DNA of 64,000 nt. Source: Octopus vulgaris (taxonomy: Eukaryota). The notes beneath the pieces were generated by a model that saw only the letters and a list, made by a program, of their open reading frames with translations, made no database searches and was not told the origin of the DNA. The stretch lies in contig OX597821.1 of NCBI GenBank assembly GCA_951406725.2, forward strand, positions 80,476,001-80,540,000, given 5' to 3'. Positions 1 to 13,689 of this stretch are shown here, piece after piece. Both the position numbers and the translations under genes were made by a program. Numbering within the stretch: position 1 is the first letter of the stretch; every line of letters starts with the position of its first letter.

Positions 1-510
1 TTTCTTGTATGTAAGGTGTGCATGTGTGTGTGAGAGAGAGAGAGAGAGTGTGTGTGTGAGTGAGTGGGGAAGTGAACGTGTGTTTCCATGTATGTGTAAA
101 TGGCACTCTTTCACACACACACGTCCATTTCATATATACGTTCATACATCTTTCACTTTCTCCTCTCATTCACTTTAAAACAGAAGTAAATCAATAAAAA
201 AATTACGGAAATTAACGAACAAAACAAGCTGATCCGGATGACAGTTTTGAGAGTCAAAGCAAAAAATCACCCCAATTAAATTTTACAATCCAGCCGTTCT
301 TTCCAGACGGGATTTCGTTGATTGACCCTGAAGTGACTTATATATAATTGAACTGTAATTATGTATACCAGAAACAATATATATAAGACGGTTTTTATAA
401 TTATTTATATAATATTATGTTGTGTTATATATTATATTCATAGTATTTAATATAATATTGTAATATAAATAAATTATTGAATGTCAATAGAATATATATA
501 TTTAATTTAT

Positions 511-547
<37 letters not shown>

Positions 548-552
<5 letters not shown>

Positions 553-2000
553 CAAATGAGTAACAAGGATGTCCAGGTATCAGTGCATTACAGCCGTTTC
601 AAGGGGCTTCATTTAATCGATCAATGCAAACATTACCTCAATTTGAAATAAACCGCTTTCCTCGGACGCGAACGACCACATAGATTTCCAACATACAGGA
701 TACTCCATTATAATTTTTTCGCAAATTTTTCATCAGAACTTGAGACTAAGATGCTATTATTGTAGCATAAAGAATTTAGGGAAAGAATACCTTAAGCCTA
801 CAATAATTTAGAGTGGCAGAAGGAAATAATAGGGGTCAATAAAGAGGAATAGTGATACAGCTGCATTCATTTTTATCCTTGTCACATTCAACAGACCCAA
901 TGCAGCAACCAGTCTACATCCCCTTAGAATCAAAATTATCGGGAATTAACAGTTAAGTTCTTGTTGTTGGCGATTATTTAATTAATGTCAGATACACTTC
1001 TCTACCCTTATTTCACTATGACCATAAAATCAGCCATATCTGCATAAAAGAATATGTCTCAGAAAATGCTAGTAAGATAATGATATAAGGCGAGGTGATA
1101 ACCAGAAAGAGGAGGGCCAGAGGTAGCTTAACATATGATGATTACCAACTAAAAGGGGCTTCAAATGGAAAACAAAGGCGGTCACGTTGAGATCTAAGTG
1201 TGGGAATTAGGAATACGGGGAAAAGTGTGCATCTCGACTTAGCAAAATTTATCTATTAAAATATAAAAAATTTTGAAAAGGATTTAAGGACCCAGTAAAA
1301 GAAGAAGGAGAAATAAAACAATCTAAGCAAATAAAGCAATCTAAGAATGGGGTACTATTGTATAAAAAGAAACCTCATAATGCTTATTTCTAGCAGAATG
1401 TTAAGGTGGTCACGCTAAAACTATTCTACAATGATTCTATAATAAAATTCAGATATCATTCGAGTAGGGGTATACATATTCAATTGAATCAAAACCAAAG
1501 ATTAAGGGCTAAAAAATAAGATATTTCTATGACAGGTACAGTTATTTAAAAACTTTGGAAAAATATTTATATATAAAATCCTTGGGAAAATATATATATA
1601 TATATAATAAAATTACCAACATTTCGAAAAAATCTTTTAGATTTTTTCGAAATGTTGATAATTGTTCCTTATTGTTCTGTTTTCGCAACGATTCATACAA
1701 GGCGGGAAATATGCCGTGGATTATCTTAGATAGTTAAATCTTTAAAACGAGAGTTTGAACGTTGGGTGATATCCATTGTAAAGTCAGCTGTAATTTATTC
1801 GATGTGGTTGCGGGGTATGCATGATTAAGCTTGGCTTATGACCTAGGGGAAGATAATGGTAAGATCAGAAATTAATGATCCTTCGAGTTTAGCTTTGAGC
1901 TATTCTTCAACTAACCTTTGGCTTAATCATGCTTCAATAACTAAAATGAAGGCTAATTTTTGTCTAAAGTATGACTTCATGTAATCACCGCGATTGATAA
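548..2000 (-). mobile_element. Decayed Penelope-like retroelement (RT relic plus hammerhead-bearing 3' end next to (TA)n)
   Basis: Minus-strand translation near 1450-1860 gives HYLPLGHKP..PHRINYS*LYNGYHPTFKLS, then FDSI/NMYT across a frameshift. These resemble PLE RT motifs LPKIHK..P.RPIVS..PTY.LS and FDV.SLYT. A hammerhead-like motif lies downstream at 585-669. Upstream boundary uncertain. Confidence 0.5.
585..669 (-). ncRNA. Hammerhead ribozyme-like motif, type I, long helix II, variant core
   Basis: Minus strand reads gcgt-CCGAGGA-[long imperfect hairpin]-GAAAC-ggct-GTA-atgc. Helix I is gcgt/atgc. The core has U4>C. Confidence 0.5.
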
Positions 2001-2670
2001 TGACTAAATTTGTCTGGGAAACTACTCTTTTGTAACTGGAAGAACATATTTAACATTTTGTTTCTATATTTCGGTTGAACTACATGACATTTTTTTTTTC
2101 ATTTTAATTTCAAAATAATGAATATTTGTTTGAAATCACTTTGTCATTTTTAAGGTGGTGTTTGAAACAAACTAAAATAGCATTTCGTATGTATGTGTGT
2201 GTGTAGGTGTGATGTGTGTGTATGTGTGTATGCACATTTTTTTTTGTATGTAAGCATATAGATATGAAAATAAACAGATCAACACGCAGACGGATAGGTA
2301 CATAGGTTACAAGAATAGACAAGCACACATACGCAAATGTAGACTGACACACGTGACCATATATACACACGCACACTTTACTCCACACAAGGACACATAT
2401 GGAGACACGGATCCACTCATAAAAGGATACACATCTATACATACAAACATGGTACATAACACACACACACATACATGCACACAGGAGACAGACGTGCATT
2501 CATATACAAACTCATGCTCACACACACATGCATAGAAAATACACAAACACGGACATGCAAGCACATAAATATGCAGGATACATACATACAGATGCACACA
2601 CATACATATATACATATGCATACACACACATATCTACATAAATACATACACATAAATACATAAATACATA

Positions 2671-3104
2671 AATTTCATACGATACCGCTATAAAAAACTT
2701 AGCGGTATCGTATGAAATTGTCACCCATAATTATAACCCTAGTATCGATCTATTGCATTTCAATCTATTTTAGATTTAGGGTTAGAGCTGGGTTAGTTAG
2801 GGTTAGGGGTGGGGGAAGGGTATCTTTTTTCTTCACAAATGTAAACAAACCCAATCTGTTTCTTAAACGAGGGACATATTCATTATGCACAGAATGTTAT
2901 TTACGTCAATGGCGGTAATTGTTTGGTTAAAATTGCCGAAATGCAAGAAATTTTAGACGAAATATGTTACAACCTATAGAATTTTCTCAATAAAACCAAG
3001 AGAAAATGATGTTTTATAAACACATTCTACCAGTATACGAAGTTTAACATTTATTAGTTACCTAGAAATTATGTTACAAACTGCCGTTCAAAAGGAAAAG
3101 ATCC
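2671..3104. mobile_element. Right half of a fold-back MITE, related to the element at 53498-54117
   Basis: Ends in ctgccgttcaaaaggaaaagatcc and shares about 200 bp with the arms of 53498-54117. Begins with a perfect 20-bp hairpin (2671-2690/2700-2719) and contains ttaggg-like repeats. Confidence 0.75.
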
Positions 3105-3202
3105 CGATGCTCCAGCATGGCCGTAGTCAAATGACTGAAACAAGTAAAAGAGTAAAGAGTAAAGAGTATATATATATATGTGTGTGGGTGGGTGTGTATA
3201 TG

Positions 3203-3267
<65 letters not shown>

Positions 3268-3268
<1 letters not shown>

Positions 3269-3420
3269 TCGATTTCAAATCTTGGCACAAGGTCAGTAAT
3301 TTCGGGGGAGAGGGCTAGTGGATTACATCGACCTCAGCATTCAACTGGTACTTATTTTATCAATCCCAAAAGTATGAAAGGCAAAGTCGACATCGGTGGT
3401 ATATGAACTTAGAACGCGAA
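3268..3420 (-). mobile_element. SINE family A fragment
   Basis: Contains the family core actggtacttattttat...tgaaaggcaaagtcgac. Confidence 0.7.
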
Positions 3421-3694
3421 ATCACACACACACATACACACAAGCGCGCGCGCACAGACACACACACACACACACACATATATATGTATATATAAAATGT
3501 ATCAGTGGTCCGACCTTTTGAGTCAGAAAAATATAACTCATAAATGTGTGCGTGTGTGTATATACGCGGGTGAATCTTAGTGTATATGTGTATGTGTGTG
3601 TCTGTTCGTATGTGTGTGTGTGTACGAGCACACTCATATTCCAGCGTGCGTGTGTGTACATATATATGTGTGTGTATATTTATGAGAGAGATAG

Positions 3695-3744
3695 AGAGAG
3701 AGAAAGATAGAAAGAAAGAAAGAAAGAAAGAAAGAGAGAAAGAG

Positions 3745-3803
<59 letters not shown>
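3695..3803. repeat. (AAAG)n microsatellite
   Basis: Direct inspection. Confidence 0.95.
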
Positions 3804-3885
3804 ATCCGCCATTCAATTCAATTCGATGAGTAAGATGACTGAAACCGCCAGACACCAACAAACACCACACACACACTCACACACT

Positions 3886-3922
<37 letters not shown>

Positions 3923-4204
3923 CTTACGTAGACCAGCCAATGTCCCTTCATTTTATTCAATTCCTTTCAGGGCTATAAAATTCCTTTGAAATGGGGAGAA
4001 CAAACAACAAACAAACAAACAAAAAAAAGAATAAAGTAAAAAAAGAAAGAACAAAATCTGCAGAAATCTCTCAAATCGACGGGGCAGCAGGAATAGGGAG
4101 CAGAGTGCAGAGATGAATGGGAGATGAGGGTAGGAATGGCGCTGAGGATAGAGCAGCGTTGGTGCCGCCGAGGTAGAGGTCGTGGTGATGTAATGGGCAT
4201 GGTT

Positions 4205-4212
4205 GTAATAGT

Positions 4213-4243
<31 letters not shown>

Positions 4244-4363
4244 GCAGCAGCGGCAGCAGCGGCAGCAGCGGCAGCAGCGGCAGCAGCGGCAGCAGCGGCA
4301 GCAGCAGTAGTAGTAGTTGTAGTAGTAGTAGTAGTAGTTGTAGTAGTAGTAGTTGTCGTAATG

Positions 4364-4395
<32 letters not shown>

Positions 4396-4435
4396 GGTGG
4401 TAGTAGTAGTAGTAGTAATAGTAGTTGTCGTAATG

Positions 4436-4473
<38 letters not shown>

Positions 4474-4537
4474 GGTGGTGGTAGTAGTAGTAGTAATAGT
4501 AGTAGTAGTTGTTGTTGTCGTAATGGTAGTAGTAGTT

Positions 4538-4578
<41 letters not shown>

Positions 4579-4744
4579 TGTCGTAATGGTAGTAGTAGTA
4601 GTTGTTGTAGTAGTAGTAGTAATAGTAGTAGTTATTGTTGTCGTAATGGTAGTAGTAGTTGTAGTAGTAGTTGTAGTTGTAGTAGTAGTAGTAGTAGTTG
4701 TAGTTGTAGTAGTAGTAGTAGTGGTATTCGGTGGTAGTAGTAGT

Positions 4745-4776
<32 letters not shown>

Positions 4777-4846
4777 CAGTAGTAGCAGCAGTAGTAGTAG
4801 CAGCAGTAGCAGCAGCACCGGTGGTAGTAGTAGTAGTAGCAGCAGC

Positions 4847-4890
<44 letters not shown>

Positions 4891-4940
4891 GTGCAGTAGT
4901 TGTAGTAGTAGTAGTAGTAGTAGCAGCAGCAGCAACAGTG
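4205..4940. repeat. Compound (GCA)n/(GCG)/(GTA)n/(GTG)n trinucleotide array
   Basis: Direct inspection; recurrent interruption gttgtcgtaatggta. Confidence 0.95.
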
Positions 4941-4974
4941 GTAGGGGTGGAAGTGGTGGGTGTGATGATCTTTT

Positions 4975-5463
4975 ATCTTTTTTTCGCATTTTTTCAGTCA
5001 TTAGAATACGGCCATGCTTGAGCAACGAAGAATTTTAATCGGACGAAACCGATTCGGTGCTTAATTTTTCTTTACTTTTTTTTGTTTGTTTCATCGGTTT
5101 TCTTTTGCCGAACCGCTAATTTACGGGAACATAAACGTGCGAACACCGATTGTCATGCCGTGGTAGGGGACGAACACAAACATAAAGTTATAGGCACACA
5201 CACACACGTGCTCACACGCACATACACACACGAACGCCCGCCCGCACGCACACACACACACATACACATACACACATACATATATGTATAGATATACATA
5301 TAACGAAAGGCTTCTTTTAGTTTCCGTCTACCAAATCCGCTCACAAGGCTTTGACTGGCCCGGTTATAGTAGAAGATACTTGCCCAATGTGCCACGCAGT
5401 GTGACTGAACCCGGAACCATGTGGTTGGTAAGCAAGCTACTTACCACACAGCTCGTCTGCGCC
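4975..5463 (-). mobile_element. SINE family B (tRNA head, CORE-like, LINE-type tail), diverged
   Basis: Head reverse complement tgtggtaagtagcttgcttaccaaccacatggttccgggttcagtc; body gaaccgctaatttacggg. Confidence 0.85.
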
Positions 5464-5474
5464 TATGATGTCGT

Positions 5475-5562
5475 TGTCTTCTTCTTCTTCTTCTTCTTCT
5501 TCTTCTTCTTCTTCTTCTTCTTCTTCTTCTTCTTCTTCTTCTTCTTCTTCTTCTTCTTCTTC
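5475..5562. repeat. (TTC)n microsatellite, possibly the tail of the adjacent SINE
   Basis: Direct inspection. Confidence 0.9.
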
Positions 5563-5564
5563 TC

Positions 5565-6009
5565 TAATCTCTAATGCCAGCCTACTCTAAGCTACTAAGA
5601 ATGCGTGCGGCAATTTGAAGATCCACCCACCACACGCGATAGACTGGCGGTTGCACGGGCGCGAAAGCTACGTTGTTATCCTCATTCTGTAAACGGTGGC
5701 TTTAAACAGGTGGAGAGCTGAACCATCCTGGGGTACAGAGGATTCGCAATCTAGACTAGGGTCTGAAAGTTTTACCACACCATAGTTGGTTACACCATGG
5801 TTCCTCTGCTTTGTGGCAGAAGTAGGAAGAAAGAGTGAGAAAAAGTTGTAGTGAAAGACTACAGCGGTGTTCACCCCACCCTCGCCGGAGCCTCGTGGAG
5901 CTTAGATGTTTTTGCTCAATAAACACTCACAATGCCCGGTCTGGAAATCGAAACCGCGTTCTTACGACCACGAGTCCGCTGACCTAACCACTGGGCCATT
6001 GCACCTCCA
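5565..6009 (-). mobile_element. SINE family C head with a distinct 3' module
   Basis: Head ggaggtgcaatggcccagtggttaggtcagcggactcgtggtcgtaagaacgcggtttcgatttcc has A and B boxes. The 3' part differs from the other family C copies. Confidence 0.8.
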
Positions 6010-6486
6010 TTATGAAGTTGTTTGTGGTAGTGGTGGTGGTGGTGGTGGTGGTGGTGGTGGTACTGAGAATGCAGTACTGAAGGTCAGTTTGATAATGCTT
6101 CAGTGGTGCAGTGATATAATGAAGGATGGGACGACGCTGGTAATAGTAGTAGTGGCAGTGATGTGAGTAGTGGTGGATGCAGCAGGTGTGGAAAACGTGG
6201 CACTTGTATTGTTGGTGATGAATTCATTTATTGAAATGCGGTCTTAAATCTGGCTCAAACATATAAGGCACATGAGACCAGGAGCTGATCAAGAATTTCA
6301 AGATAGGATGAGGGTAGAACACAATTAACTAAGCTGGATGCTTGTCCGTTGAAGGGTTAGTTAACCCACCAATTGCCTCTGATACGTTTTTTCAGTTGGG
6401 TATCCCGTGCAACACTGAGTATCGAACCCACGACTGAACAGTAGTGAGCTCAGTAACCTAACCACTGGGTTAGATCTAAAGAACTA

Positions 6487-6773
6487 CAGTAATCCTTCGA
6501 CTATCGCGTGTGTTACCGTTCCCAAACCTCCCGTGATAGGTGAAAATCTGCGACGTAGAAACAGTACTGTATATTTTTTTTTTATCTTTATGATTTGTAT
6601 ATAGTTATTTTATTATATATGCAAAACAACACCAAGGAGGAATCGACGTAAGCTTAAATAATAAACCGCGATAGGTGAACCGCGATATGTAAACCGCGAT
6701 AGGTAAACCGCGATAGATGAACCGCGGTAGGTAAACTGCGATAGGTGAACCGCGATATGACGAGGAATTACTG
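6487..6773. mobile_element. Tc1/mariner (pogo/Tigger-like) MITE
   Basis: TIRs cagtaatccttcgactatcgcg / cgcgatatgacgaggaattactg, TA on both sides, about seven subterminal 14-bp aaccgcgataggtr repeats. Confidence 0.85.
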
Positions 6774-7277
6774 TATTTATCCTCATATTTTGCATTTTCC
6801 AGGTATCTTCCTTGTTATCTTTTATCTGTTATCTTGTCAGGTATCTTTCATGCTAGGGTCACCTCGATTTCAGCACTAATTCTATCGAGATGTAAACAAA
6901 GGAACACCGGTTGTCAAGAGGTGGTGTGGAAAGAAACACAGATACAAAAACACACACACACCACACAGACAGTACTCACACACGCGCGCGCACATATTTT
7001 TGAAGGCACATGACCTAGTGGTTAGGGTGTTTCACTGATGATCGTTAGATCGTGCGATCGACTCCTAGACCGAGCAGTGCGGTGTGTTCTTGAGCAAAAC
7101 ACTTCATTTCACGTTACGACGAACTAGCCTTCCGATCAAGGAGAATGTTGTCTTGCAAAGCGCATTGTGACTAGCAAGGCATAATAACATCCAATAGTCT
7201 GATCGATCAGTTGATATATATATATATGTGTATGTGTGCGTGCGCCTGTGTACACGCCTGGCTTCCATACAGTTTTC

Positions 7278-7706
7278 GGTACTTGGTTATCTCACCACCA
7301 TTAAACAATTGCCATTAAATATTGCCATTAAAAAATTAGCTTATCTCCCCAACTAAAAATTATGTGGCGACAAGACATTGGATTAAAAGAGTTAGATCCT
7401 TTTGATTCAATACTCCAACACGTTGTTGACTTTTGGCCTCCCCAGCATCCATTTGTTATAAAAATATTTTTAGATTCAATAAGATGTTTAATCTTTTCTG
7501 TTTTCCTAATTATTAATTTTTTTCAGTTTTGTAAGATTTGTTATAAAAATATTATCACATTCAATAAGATGTTTAATCTTTTCACTTTTCATGTTTATTA
7601 ATTTTTCATTTTTGTTTTTGTTTTGCTTTATTGAGGATTAAATAATTTTTTTAGTTAGAGGAGATAACCTAATTTTTTAATGGGGGTGAGATAACCAAAA
7701 ACTACC
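7278..7706. mobile_element. Non-autonomous TIR transposon with 8-bp TSD (Merlin-like), nested in a SINE B relic
   Basis: TSD cagttttc at 7270-7277 and 7707-7714. Termini GGTA...TACC. Inverted arms ttggttatctcacc...aactaaaaattat. Confidence 0.8.
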
Positions 7707-8589
7707 CAGTTTTCATCCACCAAATTCGTTCACAAGGCATTTGTTAGCCGTGCAGTGGAACTGAACCCAAAACTGCATGTTCGCAAAGTGAACTTCTTAA
7801 CCACATATCCGCATCTGCGCCTAAACGTTTGTTGTTAAATTACTGTTTTATTTGTTATCCTCCCCCATTCAATTGTGTACTCTACAGGCAGTCTGATCGG
7901 AACTAATCCGAATAATCACAAACTATAAAACCATTATTCTTATTTCCTCATCTTTTATCCCCGCTTTCAGCTTATTATTTGGCAAAAGCATCTTTCTTCC
8001 AAAATATAGCACGTTTTACCTTTTTTCTCTCAACAAAGTGGGAGTAAAAGAGAATTACTTTTGTTAACAATTGAAAACTCTGATACTTTCTCGCTTCGGT
8101 CAGCTAAAGTTCAAGTGTCAGAACAGTTAATTCACGATTCACTTCCGGTCAATGAAAGTAAAAAAAATTCTTTTCACTTTTAAATGTAAGGGCGGAGTCA
8201 AATCATATGCAGTTGTAATAAGCCAGGTAGATACTATTTTATATCATGCTTTACAAAAAAAAAAAAAAAGAGGAAAATTGTTTAAATACGGCTGATATTA
8301 AAAGAGCACAATTGACTGAGCGACCTACATAAATATAGTTAAGTATACGAGGAGGCGAAGAAAGAAAAAGCATTTACTTCTTGGGAATTTTGAAATTTAT
8401 TTCCAGTTTTGAGTCATTTAAAAGGTACACACACACACACACACACATACACATACACACACACATACACTCACACACATATGTATGCATGCACCTGCTC
8501 TTGGCTTTGAATAGTGGCGTGGGACAATTGGCTGGTTTAATCCCCTCGGTCACAGTGTGTAGAGTCCATATTTACTTTCATAGCTTTCA

Positions 8590-8830
8590 GTAGGCGGGGG
8601 TGTTAACAAATAGGATTTACGGCTTAGACATTCTGCTCCTATTTTTCTACTCAATAAACGGGGATTTTGTTATAGGAGTCCCTAGGTGTAAATGTTTCAA
8701 ACTGATTTGTGAGCCCATTTGGTTAACATGAACTTTACGTAGCTTAGAGACTCTTTTCATACAGGTTTAAGGGGTCTTTTTGATACGGTTTCAATGACAT
8801 TTTCTGGTGTGCTGGACTTTATCATAACAT
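8590..8830 (-). pseudogene. Possible mariner-type transposase N-terminal relic
   Basis: Minus-strand STPENVIETVSKRPLKP... weakly resembles the RTPENI..V...P..S helix-turn-helix region. Several stops. Confidence 0.25.
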
Positions 8831-9591
8831 ATTGCACACCATAGCATGAGGCTATTGCTGTATATCAATAACACCGAGAATGCATGCTGATTATCTTGCT
8901 ATTATTATGCTTGATCAAAGCAACTACAAAGAGTTATTTGACAGAAATATCGTTAGATCAGCTGTCTTCAAGCCATGAACATCCTGCCTTCACTGTGGGG
9001 CATGATATGCGAAGATTGAGAACTTGATGTTTCATCTTCATTTTAAAAATAGCAGTGTGTTGTTAAAGGAGACTTATCAGAAACAATGCTCAGATGTACT
9101 GATTACTTCGAAGCCTTGCTCCATTCTTAACCAATGGATTCTATCCGTCGTCCAGCTTAGCACCATCGCTTTATCTTTGGGTGCTTTTCGCAGAATGCAC
9201 TCTGTTGATAACATTCCAGCTAGGTTTCTGATCTGCGGATAACTTCGATCCTTCCGTCCATCAGTTTCGAAAACTGTGAAACATGTCATTGACACTGCCT
9301 TCTCTAGACTCTAAGTCAGTAAAATGATCCGTGTATATTGAAGGTCGCTCAAGTCTACTCTTTCTATTATTTTGTTGTTTAGTTGCAAGATCAGCCTTAT
9401 TTCAGCTATTCAATCGGGACCATCACAAGTGTTCGTACATCTAAGATTACATTACTAAATGCGTACTTTCATTTTTAAGATGGGAAGATGCTCTTTGAAG
9501 GAATTTTGCTGATATTTTTGCGGGACCAACGATAGCATAAAGGCTCCTTCGTTGTGTCATGTTGCTGTTATGTATAAAGGTGATAGTTTCT

Positions 9592-9825
9592 TATATCTTT
9601 ACTACCCACAAGGGGCTAAACATAGAGGGGACAAACAAGGACAGACAAACGGATTAAGTCGATTAGATCGACCCCAGTGCGTAACTGGTACTTATTTAAT
9701 CGACCCCGAAAGGATGAAAGGCAAAGTCGACCTCGGCGGAATTTGAACTGAGAACGTTGCAGCAGGCGAAATACCGCTAAGCATTTCGCCCGGCGTGCTA
9801 ACGATTCTGCCAGCTCGCCGCCTTC
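9592..9825 (-). mobile_element. SINE family A monomer with 17-bp TSD
   Basis: Head ggcggcgagctggcagaatcgttagc...gttcaaattccgcc; core gtcgactttgcctttcatcctttcggggtcgat..aagtaccag, similar to the Sauria/Meta SINE central domain. TSD taaaggtgatagtttct at 9575-9591 and 9826-9842. Confidence 0.92.
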
Positions 9826-10554
9826 TAAAGGTGATAGTTTCTGTTAGATTCTTCATATTGCCTATGTAATATTCTAATTTATGTTCTGGGCATGATGTTC
9901 GCGAGCTCATACAGACTTAGGGTGAATACTTCATATTGTGGGGGAAAAGCTGTATGATATTAACATACCGTGTTCCTTATTCCCGGCTTCATTTTTAGTC
10001 CTTGTGGTGTGTTGGCTTTTGAGCCTCATTGACTCTACCGGCGCGCTAGCTCTTTGAAAGGCCTCTAATGTTAGATGGATCAAAGGATAGAAGATAGTGC
10101 CTTTTAGTACTATACAGGACGTATGTCTCAGTATTATGGCGTTCTTACAGTGTATCTACGTTATGTAGCATAACGGTGCACTAATATTGCTTCCGTCGCT
10201 AATAACTCACTTTTACCTAGCTCCCCAGTTACTTGCGACACCAAAAACTGATTAGTCCCTTTTTTTCTCTATCAGCAGAGACATAATTTGGCTACTTGTG
10301 GTGATAATGGATATCTACTGCTGATGACGTACAATGATGCAAAAATCAAGTGATCTACCTGTTCTACCGCCGATGCTGGGCATTTTCGTCCGCTACTGAT
10401 ACATCTATGCTTTTTAGCTCGATACAACTGTACGATGTATCTTCTTATGACGAATACCACAGTATTATAGCATCCTTACAGTACATCCATATTAAAGAGG
10501 ATATATGCATGCAAATATATGTATGCGCGTATATATATATATATATATATATAT

Positions 10555-10696
10555 GTAAAAAGTAAAAAATATATACAAACTGGGACAAGAACGTGAAACA
10601 CCTAGAAGACGACACAAGAACCACAGGACGGGACATTCGAAGCCCTCAGTCATCAGTCAAGAACCGGATCATCTTCGCAATTTCGGCTGATTAATC

Positions 10697-10698
<2 letters not shown>
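10555..10698 (-). mobile_element. Short (TA)n-inserted element, probable PLE-type terminus
   Basis: Shares cattcgaagcc...cagtcaagaaccggatcatc.tcgca.tttcggctgattaatc with 49137-49440. Flanked by (TA)n. Confidence 0.6.
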
Positions 10699-10744
<46 letters not shown>

Positions 10745-12781
10745 GTGTATATATACACACACATTACATGCATATACATATATATGTGGCCTATAACAGC
10801 AACTAATTATGGTGGTGGCGCCTTTCTCATCGTGGGTTGTGGTCTCTATCTACACCATTTTATTGAACTCAATACACAGTTCTTTGTATCTACGAAATAA
10901 ATCATTGCTTTGTAAATTGTTTCCAAGGTCAACCGAAACTGAGCAAGACCTAAGGCGAAAGGCCTTCTAGCTATAATAGTCTCTCCTTCTTGTTTTAAGA
11001 ATAGTATGTCTATGACTGCGTTATCGTTCCCCTTGTATTTCTATACGGTGAAACTATTTTATTTGATGCAGATTTAGCTGCTAAATGCCTCAGGTCGAAC
11101 AACTGTATGTGGGCTACACGTTGTATACTAAGATCAGAAGTCCTTTGACTTGCAAGTCAAAGTTAGTTTGCCTATGGTGTTGCTTTATGATCTCTGGAAC
11201 AGTTCCAGAGATCATAAGTAACACCATTAGCAAACTAACTTTGTCTTGTGTTATCATTCTGAATTTAAAATAAGAGAAGTGGTCGTTTTGTCAATGGTAG
11301 AATACATTACCGCGGTGTTATAATTCGACGAGATATTTTCTCTATAATGTCTTTTGTTTCTACTTCCAGTTAACCCATTATATTCATCTTTTATCTTAAG
11401 CAACCAGAGAATATGCTAAACAGAGTTTATAAACATGGTTTTCCGGGTTCACTGAATTGAATGAGTTATAGGCCCACAACGTACGCTGCACCATTACTCG
11501 TAACCAACATTAAGGCTATTCGATTAAATGCTGGCTGAGATCGAGGATACGGATCAAGAAACTCGATGACTGCTAACAGAAATTTCAACAGCAATGAAAA
11601 TGGCCGCCGCTGTCTAAACTTAAGACATCGATTCAGTCGTTTGACTGTCGCATTTTATCCCGTAGATAACTTCTACTAACAATACTGCATTGAAGTGCAT
11701 CCATGGCTCAGGTATTCATTCATGAGGCAAATAGCCCCATGAGAGGTGAAACTCTGATGATCAAGGGTTGCACAGATTTACCGCAACAGAAAAAGATGAA
11801 AGGCTTTCTGCTAATCACTCAAAAGTCTTGCAGGATGTTGTTAGAAAAAAATTAGAAGAGCAGTATCATTGATAACCAGATAAGTCTATCTTGGAATACC
11901 AGCTAGTTTACTAGCTTTATACTTTACACTGTAAAGAGTTTGCTTTTGAAATCCAGGATCAGGAGATAACAAACTACCTAATGCATAGCGGGATAGCAAA
12001 GCAGATAAAACATCTACTTATGACGACTGATGCAAGCTCGGTGAACTTAACACTGATGATGCATCTCTCAGTTTACACTGATGTGGAAGGTATACTCACT
12101 TATGATACAAATGGATGCTGAATGAATGTTCTAGTGAAAAATTCTTTAAAAAAAAAGAAAGAAAGAAAGAAAGAAAGAAGGATAACAAATGATCTGGAAC
12201 AGATAAAAAATATGTACCGTTGTAGAAATCAGTCGTTCGGCAGACGTTAACATAATACGAAAGAAAAAGAAAATATCGATGCTAAACTAATGAGAAATAC
12301 ACAGAGAGTGCACCTGGATTTATACCTGTAATTATAGAAGTAGTTAGTTATGCAATTAACTGTCTCAACATCGGTCTCAAGCAGCCGGGATTCATAAAAT
12401 GAAAAAAGACAAAACTAGGTAAGAAATCAGTTACATTCCATTAACAGAGATATGAAAATAGGTTAAATAACATTCCAGAGGTTTAGCCAATAATAAGTGC
12501 ATATAGTATATACAAATATATGCATATGTGCACACACATAAATCAAAACATACATCTCTATACATGTAATAACATGCACGCATACACACTTACATGAACA
12601 CACATACATATAAAGATACGTAAATAAATAAATCACTACCGAGTTGATGTTGCCTGACTTTCAATGAAAATTTACTTTCTCCATTGATGAGAAAAAATAA
12701 ATTCAACTAGAACAAACATCCGTACATAGATACATTCATGCATGTATATACATATATACTACTATATATATATATATATAC

Positions 12782-13030
12782 TATTTTATCACAACCGGTT
12801 CAGCTGCCTTTAATATTATACCAAAATACATCAAAACGGAAATAGATCCCATAAAATTCAAAAGTTCTCTGGACAAATTTCTCCCCAAAATCCCGGAACA
12901 ACTTCTTACACCCAGATTTATCTCCAACAATAATAACTCTTTGGTAGAGTAGGCCATGGAGTCCCATATATAGGACTTCACCAGATGGAGCTATTAAGTT
13001 AGACATGGCCTGGGCCTATACTGGCCGAAA
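12782..13030 (+). mobile_element. CR1-group LINE 3' end with (CTAT)n tail
   Basis: Translation TGSAAFNIIPKYIKTEIDPIKFKSSLDKFLPKIPEQ resembles the C-terminus of the 34225-34788 ORF. 3' end catggcc...gaaac is followed by (ctat)n. Confidence 0.7.
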
Positions 13031-13031
13031 C

Positions 13032-13660
<629 letters not shown>

Positions 13661-13689
13661 TATGTATGCACACACACACACAAACACAC

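Noticed and set aside
2775-2820. Telomere or interstitial telomeric array
   Set aside because: Only a few degenerate TTAGGG units, internal to a MITE family.
3973-5038. 350-aa and 304-aa ORFs resembling mucin or poly-Ala proteins
   Set aside because: Stop-free frames of a trinucleotide array, starting or ending inside a SINE.
11340-12500. Possible ancient LINE relic (also 9850-10480)
   Set aside because: Only faint motif resemblance; too decayed to call by eye.
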